Below are positions 7,928-21,104 of a stretch of 32,000 nt of DNA, piece after piece; position 1 is the first letter of the stretch, and each line of letters opens with the position of its first letter. Source of the DNA: Acholeplasma laidlawii PG-8A. GTDB taxonomy: Bacteria > Bacillota_I > Bacilli_A > Acholeplasmatales > Acholeplasmataceae. Location: assembly GCF_000018785.1 (NCBI RefSeq), contig NC_010163.1:990001-1022000 (forward strand), written 5' to 3'. Made by a program: the position numbers and the translations under genes. Under the pieces are notes generated by a model. The model was not told where the DNA came from and searched no databases. It saw only the letters and a program-made list of their open reading frames with translations.

Positions 7928-9688
7928 TTACTCCTTTCTTAAACCGCTAAATTGTTGATGCATCTCTTTAACGACCTCTTCATATGTGTTTAGCATATCT
8001 TTTTCTTCAACATACTTAAAGCGTCCAATTTGTTCTTTCACAGCTAAGCGTTCAATATCTTTAAAAGACATTTCATGTTCAATTGCGTGAACTGCTAAGT
8101 CGTTAAATAAAATAATCATATCTAATAATCTAAATTGTTTATCTAATGATGAGTACGTATCAATTGGATCAAATGCATTTTGATGTAAATAGTCTTCACG
8201 AATCATTTGAGCTACTAATAATTTTAAACGATCTGATGCACCTAGTGAATCTACCCCTACAAGTCTTACAATTTCTTGGAGTGAAGCTTCTTCTTGTAAA
8301 AGCGTTGAAACAAAACTTACATGGTGTGTCCAATTTTTATCTACATTTGTGTTAAAGAAGTCTCTAATCTGTTCATCGTATAATGAATAAGATTTTAACC
8401 AATCAATTGCAGGGAAGTGACGTCTATATGCAAGTGATGCAGATAAGCCCCAAAACACTTTAACAATTCTTAGAGTTGCTTGTGATACTGGTTCTGATGT
8501 ATCCCCACCTGGAGGGGAAACAGCTCCAATAGCGGTAATTGCACCAGTTCTTGCCTTTGAACCAAGTGTTTCAACTAAACCTGCACGTTCATAGAATTCT
8601 GCAATTCTTGAACCTAAATAAGCAGGATAACCTTCTTCACCTGGCATTTCTTCTAATCTTGAAGACATTTCACGTAAGGCTTCAGCCCAACGTGATGTAG
8701 AGTCCGCCATAATAGCTACTTTATAGCCCATATCTCTAAAGTATTCAGCAATTGTAATACCTGTATAGATACTAGCCTCTCTCGCAGCAACTGGCATGTT
8801 TGAGGTGTTTGCGATTAATACAGTACGTTTCATAAGTGGCTGCCCTGTTCTAGGATCTTTTAATTCAGGGAACTCCATAAGTACGTCAGTCATCTCATTT
8901 CCACGTTCACCACAACCAATGTACACAATAATATCTGCATCAGCCCATTTTGCTAATTGGTGTTGAACTACAGTTTTTCCACTACCAAAAGGTCCAGGGA
9001 TTGCTGCAATACCACCGATAGCAATCGGGAATAACGTATCAATAACACGTTGTCCTGTAACCATTGGTTGCGTTGGTGCTATTTTTTTATTATATGGTCT
9101 TTTAATACGTACTGGCCATGATTGCATCATCTTAAGTGGTAAGATGTCGCCATCATGATCTAGTTCACATACAGTATCAACCACTGTAAATTCACCGGAT
9201 TTGATTGACTTTACAGTACCACTTAGATTTGGTGGAACCATAACTTTATGAACTACAGATTCCGATTCATGAACAATACCAATAATATCGCCACCTTCTA
9301 CAATATCCCCAACCTCAACTTGTGGTATAAATTGCCATAGCTTTTCTCTATTTAATTTAGGGATATCAACACCCAGTGGAATACCTTGTCCATGGATTTG
9401 ATAAATACTATCCAGTGGTCTTTGAATACCATCAAAAATACCACCGATCAAACCAGGTCCAAGTTCAACACTTAATGGTTCATTTGTTAAAAATACAGGT
9501 TCACCTGGTCCAATACCAGCAGTTTCTTCATAAACTTGAATCGATGCTAGATCACCACGTAATTCTAAGACTTCACCAATTAATCTTTTGTCAGAAACTC
9601 TAACAACATCATAAACTTGAGCTGAACCCATGTTTTTAGCAACAATTAATGGACCTGATACTTTAGTTATAATACCTTGATTTGTCAT
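7928..9688 (-). CDS. ntpA: V/A-type ATPase catalytic subunit A
   Basis: Walker [10 protein letters not shown], plus GCGERGNEM and [26 protein letters not shown]. The start is probably ATG 9688 ([14 protein letters not shown]), 9 nt after AAGGAG. The track's ATG 9706 (ATGA overlap with the upstream gene) remains possible. Confidence 0.95.
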   Translation of the reverse strand: MTNQGIITKVSGPLIVAKNMGSAQVYDVVRVSDKRLIGEVLELRGDLASIQVYEETAGIGPGEPVFLTNEPLSVELGPGLIGGIFDGIQRPLDSIYQIHGQGIPLGVDIPKLNREKLWQFIPQVEVGDIVEGGDIIGIVHESESVVHKVMVPPNLSGTVKSIKSGEFTVVDTVCELDHDGDILPLKMMQSWPVRIKRPYNKKIAPTQPMVTGQRVIDTLFPIAIGGIAAIPGPFGSGKTVVQHQLAKWADADIIVYIGCGERGNEMTDVLMEFPELKDPRTGQPLMKRTVLIANTSNMPVAAREASIYTGITIAEYFRDMGYKVAIMADSTSRWAEALREMSSRLEEMPGEEGYPAYLGSRIAEFYERAGLVETLGSKARTGAITAIGAVSPPGGDTSEPVSQATLRIVKVFWGLSASLAYRRHFPAIDWLKSYSLYDEQIRDFFNTNVDKNWTHHVSFVSTLLQEEASLQEIVRLVGVDSLGASDRLKLLVAQMIREDYLHQNAFDPIDTYSSLDKQFRLLDMIILFNDLAVHAIEHEMSFKDIERLAVKEQIGRFKYVEEKDMLNTYEEVVKEMHQQFSGLRKE

Positions 9689-9702
9689 TTTTTCATGCTC
9701 CT

Positions 9703-10008
9703 TCATATAATTGAAATCCCAATTGATTTTTCAACAAGTAATTTCAATTCGGATAATGTATCTTCATGTTTTAAACCACTTGGTAGTTTTAAAAATATAG
9801 GATACATAGACTCTTCATATTTCTCTAATAAAGTTTGAACATAAGCCTCACTAACTGCATCATAGATGATAATTTTACTATCACTTGATGCATATTTGGC
9901 AATATGTTCTTCTACATTCTTCAAGTCATTATCAACATAGACGGTTACACCCACACTACGTAGAATAATGAATGACTCATTCGTACTACATGCAACTATT
10001 TCTGGCAT
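9703..10008 (-). CDS. ntpG: V/A-type ATPase subunit F (E. hirae NtpG position)
   Basis: About 100 aa, located directly upstream of A as in ntpFIKECGABD. Assigned mainly by size and synteny. Confidence 0.6.
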   Translation of the reverse strand: MPEIVACSTNESFIILRSVGVTVYVDNDLKNVEEHIAKYASSDSKIIIYDAVSEAYVQTLLEKYEESMYPIFLKLPSGLKHEDTLSELKLLVEKSIGISII

Positions 10009-10015
10009 AATTCAT

Positions 10016-10939
10016 CTACTCCTTAATTTGATAATACTTTTCTTTTAATACACGCATTTCATCTCTTTTTAAAATTGTATAGTGAAGTACTGTTGCAAAA
10101 CCTAAACTTTGGAAACTCAAATCTTCTAAAAGATTTTGTCTGTAAACATTGAATGCATCATTTAATATATCTAAGAAGTTTGGCTTACCTACATATTTAA
10201 ATGCATCAGTTAAAGTCACATCAAAGTGAAGACTTAAATACTGTCCTATTTCAGTAAGTGATTTGTCAAACAATTCCATTAGAATATGTTTATCAATCAT
10301 ACCACCACTTAAGATATTCATTTCTAAATATTCTATATTTTTATTGTATTTGATGCTTCTTATCAGTAACATCACATTCAAGATAGTCGTTTCTAATTCA
10401 ATATATTTTTTGATATAATTATCTGTTTTTTTGTTGAATGAAGTTATGATTCTATCATGTAATATTTTAATCACTCTATCAGAAATACCTTGTGCATCTA
10501 ATTGAGTTGTCTCTGATTTTATGTGATCTAAAAACGAAATGTCTTCTAAATCAAGTAAACCAGATACTCCATTTAAAATATAATCTTCATATCTTTCTTC
10601 ATGAAAGTTACTTAAACTATCTGTAAACTTATTATAAGTTAATCCTAGGTGATAGGATTTCATTAGGTTTGATAAAAACAGATGATCAAATGTTAAATAT
10701 AACACTTTAAAGATGAGATGATCTTTATCCATTAAAGATTCTAAGAATTGACGATGTTTTAATTCTTCTTCTAACATAATGCTGTCAATATTCGTTTCAC
10801 TGGCACGACCATATTGGTGTGTTTTAAGCAAACTTAAAAAATCTTTTCTAGATATATTTTCAAAACTCTTTAAATGGCTTGGTGATAATAAGTGATCCAT
10901 AGATCCACTCATTACACCACTAACAAATGAAATATCCAT
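10016..10939 (-). CDS. ntpC: V/A-type ATPase subunit C (d-like)
   Basis: 307-aa helical protein between the E-like and F-like genes. Assigned by size and synteny with the E. hirae ntp operon. Confidence 0.6.
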   Translation of the reverse strand: MDISFVSGVMSGSMDHLLSPSHLKSFENISRKDFLSLLKTHQYGRASETNIDSIMLEEELKHRQFLESLMDKDHLIFKVLYLTFDHLFLSNLMKSYHLGLTYNKFTDSLSNFHEERYEDYILNGVSGLLDLEDISFLDHIKSETTQLDAQGISDRVIKILHDRIITSFNKKTDNYIKKYIELETTILNVMLLIRSIKYNKNIEYLEMNILSGGMIDKHILMELFDKSLTEIGQYLSLHFDVTLTDAFKYVGKPNFLDILNDAFNVYRQNLLEDLSFQSLGFATVLHYTILKRDEMRVLKEKYYQIKE

Positions 10940-10941
10940 TA

Positions 10942-11547
10942 TTAATTTAACGCCTCATATATAGTTTTTTCATACTTTTTAGTTAGACTCTCAAGTAAAT
11001 TTTCAAATGAAAAGTTTAAGTCATATAGTTTACCTACAAGCATAAATCCTGATTCGATTTGTGCTGGTGTATGGCTTAATTTTAACTGATAGTCTTTACC
11101 TAATTTTTGATTTAATAGATCTGCTTCGACTAAGTCACCCTTCTTAGTTGTTAGAATACTTTGATACATTGCGTATTCTTTCTTATTTACTTGAATTTCT
11201 TCTGTTTTATCAATAGCTTGGTTTTGAATAGAACGTACTACATAATTAAAGTAGTCTTCTTTGTTTAAATGCTTTAATTCTTCTTTTAATGCTGTAAAGA
11301 TGGATTCAATCAGCTGTTGTTTAGATATAGCGACTTCATCTCTTAATGCACGTATACCTTCTTGTTTAGCTTGTTCAACTTGTGCCTTAGCTTTCTGTTG
11401 TGCTTTATGAAGTTGAACTTCTAAATCAGCTTTTGCTTCCTCAATTAATCTATGTTTAAGTGCTTCAGACTCATGCTTAGCACTTAAATTTATAGATTCA
11501 ATAATTGACTGACCTTTTTGTATTATTTTCTCTTCTAATTTTGACAT
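10942..11547 (-). CDS. ntpE: V/A-type ATPase subunit E (peripheral stalk)
   Basis: 201 aa. The N-terminal half is a charged, coiled-coil-like region rich in A/K/E/Q, and the C-terminal half is globular. The gene follows K as in ntp operons. Confidence 0.6.
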   Translation of the reverse strand: MSKLEEKIIQKGQSIIESINLSAKHESEALKHRLIEEAKADLEVQLHKAQQKAKAQVEQAKQEGIRALRDEVAISKQQLIESIFTALKEELKHLNKEDYFNYVVRSIQNQAIDKTEEIQVNKKEYAMYQSILTTKKGDLVEADLLNQKLGKDYQLKLSHTPAQIESGFMLVGKLYDLNFSFENLLESLTKKYEKTIYEALN

Positions 11548-11557
11548 AATAGCCTCT

Positions 11558-12049
11558 TTAAGCAGGTAATTGTGTCCACATTAAGATGGATACAAGTAAT
11601 GCTAAGATCGCATAAGTTTCTACTAAGGCTGTCATTGTAATCCCACGTGTTGAGATCTCTGGTCTTTTACCTGTCATTAAAATAGATGCAGCTGACATTT
11701 TACCTTGGTAAATAGCTGATACTAAACCAACAAGTGCAATTGGTAATGCTGCTGCAAAATACATTTGACCTTGCATTTCTGTTAATGCGATTGGTGAACC
11801 TGTTAACCAACCCATTCTAACTAATAATAATACTGCAACTAAGAATCCATAAATACCTTGTGTACCTGAAAGTGCTTGTAATACTAAAACCTTACCGAAC
11901 AAATCTGGTTTTTCACTTAATACTCCTGTTGCTGCTCTACCAGCAATAGAAACCCCCATCGCTGAACCAATACCTGCTAAACCTGCTGCTAAGGCAACTC
12001 CCATGAGTGCCCAAGTTAAACCGTCAAATGACATAAAAATGAATGGCAT
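11558..12049 (-). CDS. ntpK: V/A-type ATPase proteolipid subunit K (double-hairpin, 4 TM)
   Basis: 163 aa. LQALSGTQGIYGFLVA, IYQGKMSAA and ALVETYAILALLVS closely parallel E. hirae NtpK LQLLPGTQGLYGF / IAQGKVAAA / MVETYAILGF. Confidence 0.9.
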   Translation of the reverse strand: MPFIFMSFDGLTWALMGVALAAGLAGIGSAMGVSIAGRAATGVLSEKPDLFGKVLVLQALSGTQGIYGFLVAVLLLVRMGWLTGSPIALTEMQGQMYFAAALPIALVGLVSAIYQGKMSAASILMTGKRPEISTRGITMTALVETYAILALLVSILMWTQLPA

Positions 12050-12053
12050 ATTT

Positions 12054-13961
12054 TTAATTCTCCTTATTAATTTCTTTATTTTCTTTTAAATTGACTTGAT
12101 AAACATATTTTAATTGTAGGCTAAATGGTTCAAATAAGTAACCGCCGCCTTCAAAGAATTTTCCGTAAAACTCTAGATATTGTAAACGCCCTGCGTGTAC
12201 ATATGCAGATAACATACCCATAATAAAGTTAAATACGTGCCCTATTAAGTAAATTATGATACCTAATAATATACCTAATACAGGAATAGAACCCCATACC
12301 ATTTCACCTAGTAAGTTCATTGTATAAGCAATAACTGCAGTGGATAGGGATAATGCTAAAATTCTAGAGTAACTTAAGATATCTGATAAGTAACTTGTTG
12401 AGTTATATAGTCCAGCAATAGCTGAAACTATTTTTCCTGGTATAGATTTTTGTTCTCTACCATTTAATAAAATGATAATCAGTACACCTAATCCCATGAG
12501 TACATAAGATGTGTAAAGTAAAATATTTTGAATTAAGCTCTCTAGCGGGATAAACGTTGCTGTTATAAATAGACTTAATCCTACTAGGATAAATATCCAT
12601 GAACCTGCATCATTAAGGCCACCTAAGATATCTTTTTGTCGATAACTGTTAATAAGTTTCAGTATTAAACCGTGTACGATATGCACAACACCCAAAATAA
12701 GTGAAATGATTAACATCGGAACCGGATCATTTATCGGATCTAATAATGGAGTGAAGATGGTTGCTCCAAAGAAGGATCCAAATAATATACCTGCACCTAT
12801 TGAAGTGACACCTGAATAACAAAATATTTTAACCAAATCTTTTGTTGCACCTCTTAGTTTTCCAAATTTGAGTAATAAACCAAATGCAACAATCATCACA
12901 AGCCCATAACCAATATCTCCCATCATGATACCAAAGATTAACCAGTACCAAAAACTCATAGATGGGTTCGGGTCTACTTCAGAAGCAGATGGTGTTGAAA
13001 ATTGGTTGGTAATATATTCATAAGGTTTAACAAATCCATTATTCTTTAACGCTGTAGGCACCGACTCGTCTGAAAGTGCATCACGTGCTTCTAATTCAAA
13101 AACAAAGTTCTTATCATTTAATATTGTCTTGATGTCTTCTACTTGATCACCTCTAACCCAACCTTCTACATAGACTGTTGTTTCAGTACTTAAAAGTTCA
13201 ATTTGTAATTTTGATTCTTTACTTAAGAGTTGGTCATGTAAAAGTTTTAGTCCACCTAAATCTTTACTAGAATCGATAAAGAATTGTTCTGTTTCCTTCA
13301 TTTCTTTTTCAATGGATTCTAATTCGGAATTTAAGTCAGTAATCACTTCCATATTTGTCTTATCATAGTTTCTATTAGGTTCAATATTAAAATCCATGGA
13401 TTCTAGTAAATCTTCTAATCTATCACTTTGATCTTTATCAATCAAGATAGAAACATAATGATAATTATCATCACTACTTAAAATATCTACATATGCCCCT
13501 AAAGTATCCATGTGACCTTTAAATGCATCATACTTTTCTTTTTGGATAAATCCTAATACGACTTGTGTAAATCTTAAGGTTTCAATTCTTGATTGACTTA
13601 CACTTAAATTTTTATATGGTAAAAGTTCCTCATATTTTTCTTTTAAGGACTTTTGAGTTTCTTGTAACTTATAATATGTATTTTGCAAATCTAATATATT
13701 TGCTGCAAGTTCTAAGCTATGTTGATCTAAGAGTTCAAATTCAGACTTTGTAACAATCGCGTTATTACCCGTAGATTTTTTTAAATATCTTTCAATAATT
13801 TCAATAGCTTTACTCACGCGAATTAAATCTTCTGAAGGTGTAACTGATTTAAAATGCTTTTTATCAGGCATAAAAAGGGCATGCATTTGAAGTTCATTCA
13901 AAATTTGCTCCTTATCACTTTCTAGAAAAATTAATTTTACTTTTTGCATTGAAACGATCAT
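12054..13961 (-). CDS. ntpI: V/A-type ATPase subunit I (a-like stator/ion channel)
   Basis: 635 aa, with a soluble coiled N-terminal half and a polytopic C-terminal half. It contains SYSRILALSLS and HAGRLQYLEFYGKFFEGGG. ATGA overlap with the upstream gene. Confidence 0.85.
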   Translation of the reverse strand: MIVSMQKVKLIFLESDKEQILNELQMHALFMPDKKHFKSVTPSEDLIRVSKAIEIIERYLKKSTGNNAIVTKSEFELLDQHSLELAANILDLQNTYYKLQETQKSLKEKYEELLPYKNLSVSQSRIETLRFTQVVLGFIQKEKYDAFKGHMDTLGAYVDILSSDDNYHYVSILIDKDQSDRLEDLLESMDFNIEPNRNYDKTNMEVITDLNSELESIEKEMKETEQFFIDSSKDLGGLKLLHDQLLSKESKLQIELLSTETTVYVEGWVRGDQVEDIKTILNDKNFVFELEARDALSDESVPTALKNNGFVKPYEYITNQFSTPSASEVDPNPSMSFWYWLIFGIMMGDIGYGLVMIVAFGLLLKFGKLRGATKDLVKIFCYSGVTSIGAGILFGSFFGATIFTPLLDPINDPVPMLIISLILGVVHIVHGLILKLINSYRQKDILGGLNDAGSWIFILVGLSLFITATFIPLESLIQNILLYTSYVLMGLGVLIIILLNGREQKSIPGKIVSAIAGLYNSTSYLSDILSYSRILALSLSTAVIAYTMNLLGEMVWGSIPVLGILLGIIIYLIGHVFNFIMGMLSAYVHAGRLQYLEFYGKFFEGGGYLFEPFSLQLKYVYQVNLKENKEINKEN

Positions 13962-14266
13962 TTTGATATTACCTCTTTTTTAAGTAATTCCAAATATTTA
14001 GATGTTACATCTTTATAGTCGGTTTCAATTTTTTGGTGTAGTTTATTTTTAGCTACATCATTTTCTTTGGTGATTGCCTCTACTTCTAAATCAGCTTCTT
14101 TTTGTAATTGATTCAACTTTTCAAGTTGTGCTTGTTTAAGTGTATCAATTACTTGTTTTGCTTCTAATCTAGCTTTTTCTAGCATGGCTTCTTTTTCTTT
14201 TCTTGCATTTAAAATATCTTGCTCTACTTGATTTTCTAATGCAATGATTGCTTCTAGCTTGCTCAA
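13958..14266 (-). CDS. ntpF: V/A-type ATPase small coiled-coil stalk subunit (E. hirae NtpF / subunit G-like)
   Basis: 102-aa, highly charged, coiled-coil-like protein at the first position of the operon. TTG start at 14266, 6 nt after AAGGAGGA (14273-14280). Confidence 0.5.
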   Translation of the reverse strand: MSKLEAIIALENQVEQDILNARKEKEAMLEKARLEAKQVIDTLKQAQLEKLNQLQKEADLEVEAITKENDVAKNKLHQKIETDYKDVTSKYLELLKKEVISK

Positions 14267-14890
14267 ATGCCGTCCTCCTTTATGTATACTTCTCTTTTTT
14301 ATAAATATTTAATCACTTTAATCATTGTAATAAATAAGATGGTGCCTTCTAAACCCTTTATAAATATTGCAATTTTTTCGTCGTAATACATTTCGTTAAT
14401 CGAGTTTTTGCACATCTTTATAGTCAAGTTACTATTACCTTATATTTAATTCAATACGCTTTATTTAGTTCAATTTGTCATCTCATTAAACCATTTATTT
14501 TCATAAGGATACACATGTTTATAAAACATAGTTTTGACCTTCCTTGACTTTTAAAAAATCGTCTCATATGATTTATATTTTAAGATGAATTTTTTGAATT
14601 GTTCTCTCGTTAATCATTGTATCACGTATATAATAATATGGTTTTTATAATGCAATTACATAAGTATCAAATTAATTTACGCATTATCCTTCTCCACCAT
14701 AAAAAGTAGTTATTTTCCTTGTATATGCACCAGTTTATTGTGTGAATTGCTTTCTTTGTTTACAAGTGCACAAATTTAATATCACCAATTTATATACCAA
14801 AACTATTTTAACATATTTATGGAGGTTTTTCATTTAAAATCGGAAAGTTTATTACATAAATTACATCTTCGTATGTAGTTAATTTAAATA

Positions 14891-14935
14891 AAAATACCCT
14901 TAAAACTGAGTTTTTCATCAATCTTTAAAGGGTAT
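14891..14935 (-). terminator. Rho-independent terminator of the F1Fo atp operon
   Basis: Arms ATACCCTT-AAA (from 14894) and TTTAAAGGGTAT (14924-14935). The minus-strand tail is TTTTATTTAAATT. The hairpin starts 8 nt after the atpC stop. Confidence 0.55.
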
Positions 14936-14942
14936 TTCATGT

Positions 14943-17569
<2,627 letters not shown>

Positions 17570-17570
<1 letters not shown>

Positions 17571-19075
17571 TAGATAAATCTCCTTACGTGATCTATAAAT
17601 AATTCCATTAATGCCTTATCTTTAATTGCCTTATGTTCAACAAGTTCTTTTCTAAGTTTTTTACCAGTTTCATTTAAAGATAAACCTTGTTCGATTTCAG
17701 CCATTAAAGACCTGATTTGTTTTAGGTTTAAATCATCCATAAAGCCATTTTCTAGTGCATAGAATGTTACAATTTGACTTGGCATATCAATGAGTTCATG
17801 AACATCTTGTTTTAAGATTTCAACTGTCTTACGTCCACGGTCTAAACGACGCTTAGAACTTGGGTCTAAGTCTGAACCAAATTGTGCAAAACTTTCTAAC
17901 TCTCTAAAGTTAGCCAGTGAGATACGCAAGGTTCCAGCAACTTGTTTCATCGCCTTCCACTGAGCACTACCTCCTACACGTGATACGGATAACCCTGCAT
18001 TAATTGCAGGTCTTACCCCTTGGTAGAACAGTTTTTGTTCTAAGTATAATTGTCCATCTGTAATACTAATTATATTGGTTGGAATGTAGGCACTTATATC
18101 TCCTGCTTGTGTCTCAACAATTGGTAATGCAGTAATTGAACCACCACCATGTTCCTTACTTAATTTCCCAGCACGCTCTAAAAGTCTTGAGTGCAGATAG
18201 AAAATATCTCCAGGATATGCTTCACGTCCACTTGGGCGTTTCATTAATAAAGATAATTCTCTATATGCTACAGCATGTTTTGATAAATCATCATAAATAA
18301 TTAATACATCTTTACCTTGTTCCATAAAGTACTCAGCAATCGATGAACCTGTATATGGCGCAATGTAAAGTAATGTTGCTTCTTTAGATGCCCCAGCATT
18401 GATAATCACTGTATAATCCAGTGCATCTTTAATTTGTAATAATTTGACTAGATTGGCAATCGTTGAGTCTTTTTGTCCGATAGCAACATACACACAAATA
18501 ACGTTTTTACCACGTTGATTAATAATTGTATCTATGGCAATTGTAGATTTTCCAGTTTGTCTATCCCCAATAATTAATTCTCTTTGTCCTTTTCCAATTG
18601 GAACAAGTGCATCAATTACTTTGATACCTGTATGAAGTGGTTCATTTATAAATCCACGGTGCATTAAGTCTTTTGCAGGGCGTTCAATCGGATAGTATGC
18701 ATCAGCATTAATAGTACCTTTAAGGTCCAGTGGATTGCCTAGTGGATCTACAACTCTACCAAGTAGGTCTTCACCTACTGGTACTTCAAATATCTTTTTA
18801 GTGGCACGAACGTTATCCCCTTCTTTAATGAGATCAGTACGTCCAAATAAGATAATACCTACATGAAACTGTTCTAAGTTAAACACGAGTCCTTTAACAT
18901 CATGAGGTAGTTCAACAAGTTCCCCTAGAATAGCCTGGCTTAAACCATAAACGGTTGCAATACCATCTGCTACGCTTAAAACTTTACCAATACTTTCTAG
19001 TCGGACGTCAGCTTTATAGTCTTCAATTTGTTTTTGTATAAGTGCACCAATTTGGTCAATATCAATTTTAGCCAT
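17570..19075 (-). CDS. atpA: F1 ATP synthase alpha subunit
   Basis: Walker A GDRQTGKST, plus VYVAIGQK, LIIYDDLSKHAVAYRELSLLMKRPSGREAYPGDIFYLHSRLLERA. Confidence 0.95.
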
Positions 19076-19089
19076 GTGATCATCCTTTC

Positions 19090-19605
19090 CTAGATATTTG
19101 TGCGCATATCATCTAAAGCTTTCTTTAGTGAGCGCTCAATACTACGTCCTTGATATGTCATCTTTACACCTTCTATTAATGTTGGATCAATATGTTGGTT
19201 GAATTCGATTTCTAGACCAGGTAGGTAGTCTTGAATTTCTTCTTTTAATTGATTTAATCTTTTTTTGCTAAGTGGCTTAGCTGAATATAATTGTACATAA
19301 GCGATTTTTTGGTTTAGTCTAGATTTAGCAATCCATTGTTCGTATATATCTTCGTATAGTCTCACTTGATGATGACGAACAAGCAGCATTAAAAAATTCA
19401 TGAATAAAGCATCAAATATGCCAAGTTCTGTTAACATTTTATTTTTGACTCTATTTCTAATCATTGGAGAGTCTAATAAAACGATCCAGTCCGGGTAATC
19501 TCTTGCGAGTGATACAAACGTCTCAAACTGTTCAATGATAGATTCGATAGCGTCTTCTTTAAGTGCAAGCTTAAAGAGTGCATCAGAATAAATAGTTGAT
19601 GTCAT
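19090..19605 (-). CDS. atpH: F1 ATP synthase delta (OSCP) subunit
   Basis: 171 aa between b and alpha. N-terminal YSDALFKLA and C-terminal IDPTLIEGVKMTYQGRSIERSLK are typical of delta. Confidence 0.75.
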   Translation of the reverse strand: MTSTIYSDALFKLALKEDAIESIIEQFETFVSLARDYPDWIVLLDSPMIRNRVKNKMLTELGIFDALFMNFLMLLVRHHQVRLYEDIYEQWIAKSRLNQKIAYVQLYSAKPLSKKRLNQLKEEIQDYLPGLEIEFNQHIDPTLIEGVKMTYQGRSIERSLKKALDDMRTNI

Positions 19606-20129
19606 AATTTCTCATCAAGCATTTCATCGATAACTTCATCGATGTTTTCATCCGTAACTTGGTGGGATACAATCTTTTCTGCTACATCAAATGCAATATT
19701 TTTAATGTTTTCACGTATTTTTTCGCTTTGAAGGCGTAATTCTTGCTGAACATCTCTATCCACTTGTTGAATACGTCTTTTAGCTTCATTACGTGCATCA
19801 CTAATGATACGCTCTTTTTCAAGTTGCGCTTCACTCATTAATGTATCTTTCATTTGACGAGCTTCTTTTCTCATAACTTCATATTCAGTTTGTAGTTCAT
19901 ATCTGATTTGTGCGACACGTTCACGTTCGTGAGCTGCTTCATGAAGTTCTTTAGACAGCGCTTCTTGACGTTGTTCTAAGTATCTTGTAATAGGTTTCCA
20001 TAGAAAGATACGTACAACAATAATTAGAATAACAGTTGCAGCTATTTGCCATAAGACTAAATCCCATCGCTCGAAGATAGAATTTAATCCTTCTTGAATC
20101 GCATCAGATATTTCTTTGAAAATATCCAT
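19602..20129 (-). CDS. atpF: Fo ATP synthase subunit b
   Basis: Single TM (LVLWQIAATVILIIVVRIFLWKPI) followed by a long charged helix. Position between c and delta. Confidence 0.75.
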   Translation of the reverse strand: MDIFKEISDAIQEGLNSIFERWDLVLWQIAATVILIIVVRIFLWKPITRYLEQRQEALSKELHEAAHERERVAQIRYELQTEYEVMRKEARQMKDTLMSEAQLEKERIISDARNEAKRRIQQVDRDVQQELRLQSEKIRENIKNIAFDVAEKIVSHQVTDENIDEVIDEMLDEKL

Positions 20130-20140
20130 AATTTATCCTT

Positions 20141-20401
20141 TTACTTACTTGATAATATAAATGCAATAATTAATGCATAAATACCAGAAGTTTCTACCAT
20201 CGCTTGACCTAAAATCATGGTCACTGTAATTTTACCACTTGCCTCTGGTTGGCGGCCTACAGCCTCAACCGCACGTGCAGCAGCCAGCCCTTGTCCAATA
20301 CCTGCTAAACCAGCAGCCAAAATGGAAATACCAGCGCCTAAGTATGCTAAACCTGTAGCAAAAAATTCAGTTTGTGTCATTATTTGAAAGAATGTATTCA
20401 T
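20141..20401 (-). CDS. atpE: Fo ATP synthase subunit c (rotor ring)
   Basis: 86-aa hairpin with GLAGIGQGLAAARAVEAVGRQPEA loop region and LGQAMVETSGIYALIIAFIL. Confidence 0.9.
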   Translation of the reverse strand: MNTFFQIMTQTEFFATGLAYLGAGISILAAGLAGIGQGLAAARAVEAVGRQPEASGKITVTMILGQAMVETSGIYALIIAFILSSK

Positions 20402-20402
20402 G

Positions 20403-21104
20403 TCATATGCCTCCTTTGATTTCTAAATCACTTTCTTCTATTTTATTTGATGAAAATACTGTTGTAAGTAATACAAACACGATGGTTTGAATCACTCCAA
20501 ATCCTATATCGAATATCGCATGTGCTACTGGTCCTGCAATCACAGTTGCTGGTCCTGATACCGCATATATTAGTGTAAGTACTGCTGCTCCGGATGCGAT
20601 GTTACCAAATAGTCGCATCGTCATGGAGATTAACGGGGTTAAGTCACTTAATATATTTAAGGGAATCATGACTGGTGAAAACCACCACATAGGTCCCATT
20701 AAAGTCTTAAAGTGCTTGAGTCCTTTTGATCTTAATCCAACTGACTGTATTGTTATAACACTTACAATTGCAAATGCTAATGTGACCGTTGCATATTTTG
20801 TTGGTGTATCTAATAAGAATAGTCCAGATATGTTGGATAAAAATATAAAGATAGCAAGGCTTAGTATAATCGGTGCAAGCATCTTCCAGTGTTTACCAAT
20901 GTTATTTTTAGCATAGTTGTTCATAAACTGAACAAATGTAATTATACCTGTCATAACTTTGCCTGGATTATCACCAATCTTTAATTTGCTGACTTTATGC
21001 CTGATAATTAGTGAACATATCAGTACAACAAGAACAATGATGAAACTTGACCATATGTAGTAGGGAATAGTTAATAAATATCTAATCACTTGTTCTATCA
21101 TCAT
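20403..21104 (-). CDS. atpB: Fo ATP synthase subunit a
   Basis: Polytopic, with the conserved stator Arg motif MTMRLFGNIASGA. Confidence 0.9.
   Translation of the reverse strand: MMIEQVIRYLLTIPYYIWSSFIIVLVVLICSLIIRHKVSKLKIGDNPGKVMTGIITFVQFMNNYAKNNIGKHWKMLAPIILSLAIFIFLSNISGLFLLDTPTKYATVTLAFAIVSVITIQSVGLRSKGLKHFKTLMGPMWWFSPVMIPLNILSDLTPLISMTMRLFGNIASGAAVLTLIYAVSGPATVIAGPVAHAIFDIGFGVIQTIVFVLLTTVFSSNKIEESDLEIKGGI

Noticed and set aside
14819-14878. Mini-ORFs in the ntp/atp spacer: a 19-codon plus-strand ORF (MEVFHLKSESLLHKLHLRM) and a 7-codon minus-strand ORF (MVEKDNA, about 14677-14700).
   Set aside because: Neither has a properly spaced RBS or any recognisable peptide features. ORFs this short are expected by chance in AT-rich DNA.
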